The translations under genes were made by a program, and so were the position numbers. A stretch of 64,000 nt of DNA from Candidatus Omnitrophota bacterium (lineage in GTDB: Bacteria; Omnitrophota; Gorgyraeia; VGKH01): positions 35,890 to 99,889 of the forward strand of contig JBDRFF010000020.1 of the NCBI GenBank assembly GCA_043819095.1, read 5' to 3'. Below, piece after piece: positions 62,640 through 64,000 of this stretch. A model generated the notes under the pieces. The model ran no database searches, was not told where the DNA came from, and worked only from the letters and a program-made list of their open reading frames with translations. Positions within the stretch are counted from its first letter, which is position 1. Each line of letters begins with the position of its first letter.

Positions 62640-62668
62640 ATTCTATCACATAAAATCTGCTGTGTCAA
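62640..62668 (-). promoter_or_regulatory. Near-consensus sigma70 promoter driving aroK-dprA-topA and onward
   Basis: TTGACA-17 bp-TAGAAT with extended -10 TG, immediately after the aroC terminator. Confidence 0.8.
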
Positions 62669-62685
62669 ACCTTTACGCAACCCCC

Positions 62686-62729
62686 AAAGAAACAGCCCGG
62701 CCAGCTATATATTGCATAGCTGGCCGGGC
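62686..62729 (-). terminator. Intrinsic terminator after aroC
   Basis: Perfect 14-bp stem GCCCGGCCAGCTAT/ATAGCTGGCCGGGC, 7-nt loop, TGTTTCTTT tail. Confidence 0.8.
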
Positions 62730-62749
62730 CTATAATCAATATTTTCTGT

Positions 62750-63787
62750 TTAAATCGACTTTAAATAGGCTTGATAGCTCATCCTTATCTGATTCAGGCT
62801 ATCTGAGCCGAATTTCTCCAAGAAAGCATCAGCCAGGACAATCGCAACCGCACCTTCGGCGATCACGCCTGCAGCCATAACCGCAGATGTATCTGCCCGC
62901 TGCACAGTTGCCTTGGTCGGCTTTCTGGAATTAATATTTACTGAAGTCAGCGGAACCGGTAAGCTTGATATTGGCTTCATGTAAGCCCGAATAATTATCG
63001 GCTCGCCATTGCTCAATCCGCCTTCAATGCCGCCGGCATTGTTTGATTTCCTGTAAAATCCTTTTTTCTTGGAATAAAAGATCTCATCATGGACCTCTGA
63101 GCCTCTTAAGAAAGCAAAACTGCTTCCCAGTCCGAATTCCACTGCCTTTATACCTGGAATTGACATAATCGCTTGAGCTAATCGGCCGTCTAGCCGCATA
63201 TCTGCTTGAGCATAACTTCCTAAGCCAACAGGAACGCCTTTTGCCACGACCTCAAATACTCCGCCGAGCGTATCATTTTCCCGACGAGCATCTCTGATTT
63301 CTTGCTTTATATTAGCTGGCAATACTTCTGCGCCAACAGATAAGAGTTTACTTTGGATTTTTATCTTGAAATTGCCAAGTAGGATCTTACACACCGCGCC
63401 GGCTGCAACTCTGATTGCTGTCTCGCGCGCTGATGCCCGTTCTAATACGCAACGGATATTGTTAAATCCGTATTTTAATGTGCCGGCTAAATCCGCATGT
63501 CCCGGACGAGGTGCGCTAATAGCCGCAAGTCTATCAATACTGAAATCGCGATTATCGATTTTTAAGCAAATCGGGCTTCCGATAGTCTTTTGCTTAATCA
63601 GACCGGATAAAATTTCAACTTTATCCTTTTCTATCTTCATGCGCTTGCCGCGGCCAAATCCGGATTGCCTTCTGGCTAATTCCTTATCAATGACCTTTTT
63701 GTCAATGCGCAGGCCCGCTGGAACACCTTGTAAAATCGCAACCAAGGATCTTCCGTGCGATTCACCTGCAGATAAGAATCTTAACAT
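62750..63787 (-). CDS. aroC: Chorismate synthase
   Basis: AGESHG, RRQ.G.GRG.R, PRPGHADL, ERASARETA, GGIEGG.SNG, MKPI. Confidence 0.96.
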   Translation of the reverse strand: MLRFLSAGESHGRSLVAILQGVPAGLRIDKKVIDKELARRQSGFGRGKRMKIEKDKVEILSGLIKQKTIGSPICLKIDNRDFSIDRLAAISAPRPGHADLAGTLKYGFNNIRCVLERASARETAIRVAAGAVCKILLGNFKIKIQSKLLSVGAEVLPANIKQEIRDARRENDTLGGVFEVVAKGVPVGLGSYAQADMRLDGRLAQAIMSIPGIKAVEFGLGSSFAFLRGSEVHDEIFYSKKKGFYRKSNNAGGIEGGLSNGEPIIIRAYMKPISSLPVPLTSVNINSRKPTKATVQRADTSAVMAAGVIAEGAVAIVLADAFLEKFGSDSLNQIRMSYQAYLKSI

Positions 63788-63800
63788 CTATTACCTCCAT

Positions 63801-64000
63801 TTAAAAATAAAATGCTCGTGTGAAGAAATATATTAATTCTTCTCCGAAAAACAAGCTTATAATCGCCGCTACCACGATAAACGGGCCAAAGGCGATTAAG
63901 CTCCCCTTTGTCTTAATCTTTATTATTATACCTGTAATTGCGGCTAAAATACAGGATAAAAATAAAGTCACCAGAGCCTGCTGCCAGCCTAAAAATGCGC
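63801..64000 (-). CDS. pilD: Prepilin peptidase C-terminus (truncated by window edge)
   Basis: Hand translation AFLGWQQALVTLFLS...LIAFGPFIVVAAIISLFFG...* matches the A24 GAFLGW and IPFGPF motifs. Confidence 0.8.
   Translation of the reverse strand, partial: AFLGWQQALVTLFLSCILAAITGIIIKIKTKGSLIAFGPFIVVAAIISLFFGEELIYFFTRAFYF

Overview
AT-rich bacterial chromosome segment of core and energy-metabolism genes. All ~64 credible genes lie on the minus strand and are tightly packed; the + strand ORFs are antisense shadows. In transcription order (right to left): pilD 3' end, aroC, aroK-dprA-topA-xerC; a large Kdo/lipid A/LPS-core cluster with several fusion proteins (waaA, lpxK, LpxL-ELM1, GT4-GT9, GT4, GT9, GT9-GT9, DHS-like, hldE kinase, kdsB/A/D/C, lptC-lptA, lptB); tig-clpP; class V aminotransferase-serA; a three-gene exported Cys-rich/CcdA-like module; a probable Re-citrate synthase; purA; an OmpA/MotB lipoprotein; uppS-cdsA-dxr-rseP-HD-GYP-ispG-proS-rimP-nusA-infB-trpS-scpA-ruvB; queH-DUF2905-spoIID-queA-tgt-trmD-rplS-rnhB-yraN; and a Wood-Ljungdahl cluster (fhs, small membrane ORF, fchA, folD, metF, cooS/acsA, cooF, FAD/NAD oxidoreductase, acsB running off the left edge). 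Gene content and fusions suggest an anaerobic diderm acetogen-like organism, plausibly Ca. Omnitrophota (inference). The most striking unexplained signal is a family of five 158-271 bp intergenic elements. Each has an AATGA...TCATT closing stem and three hairpins, with covariation, a conserved bulge, module shuffling and nested palindromic inserts. Each sits between the end of one gene and the ribosome-binding region of the next, and two supply the C-termini of CooF and QueH. No rRNA, tRNA, CRISPR array or transposase was seen.
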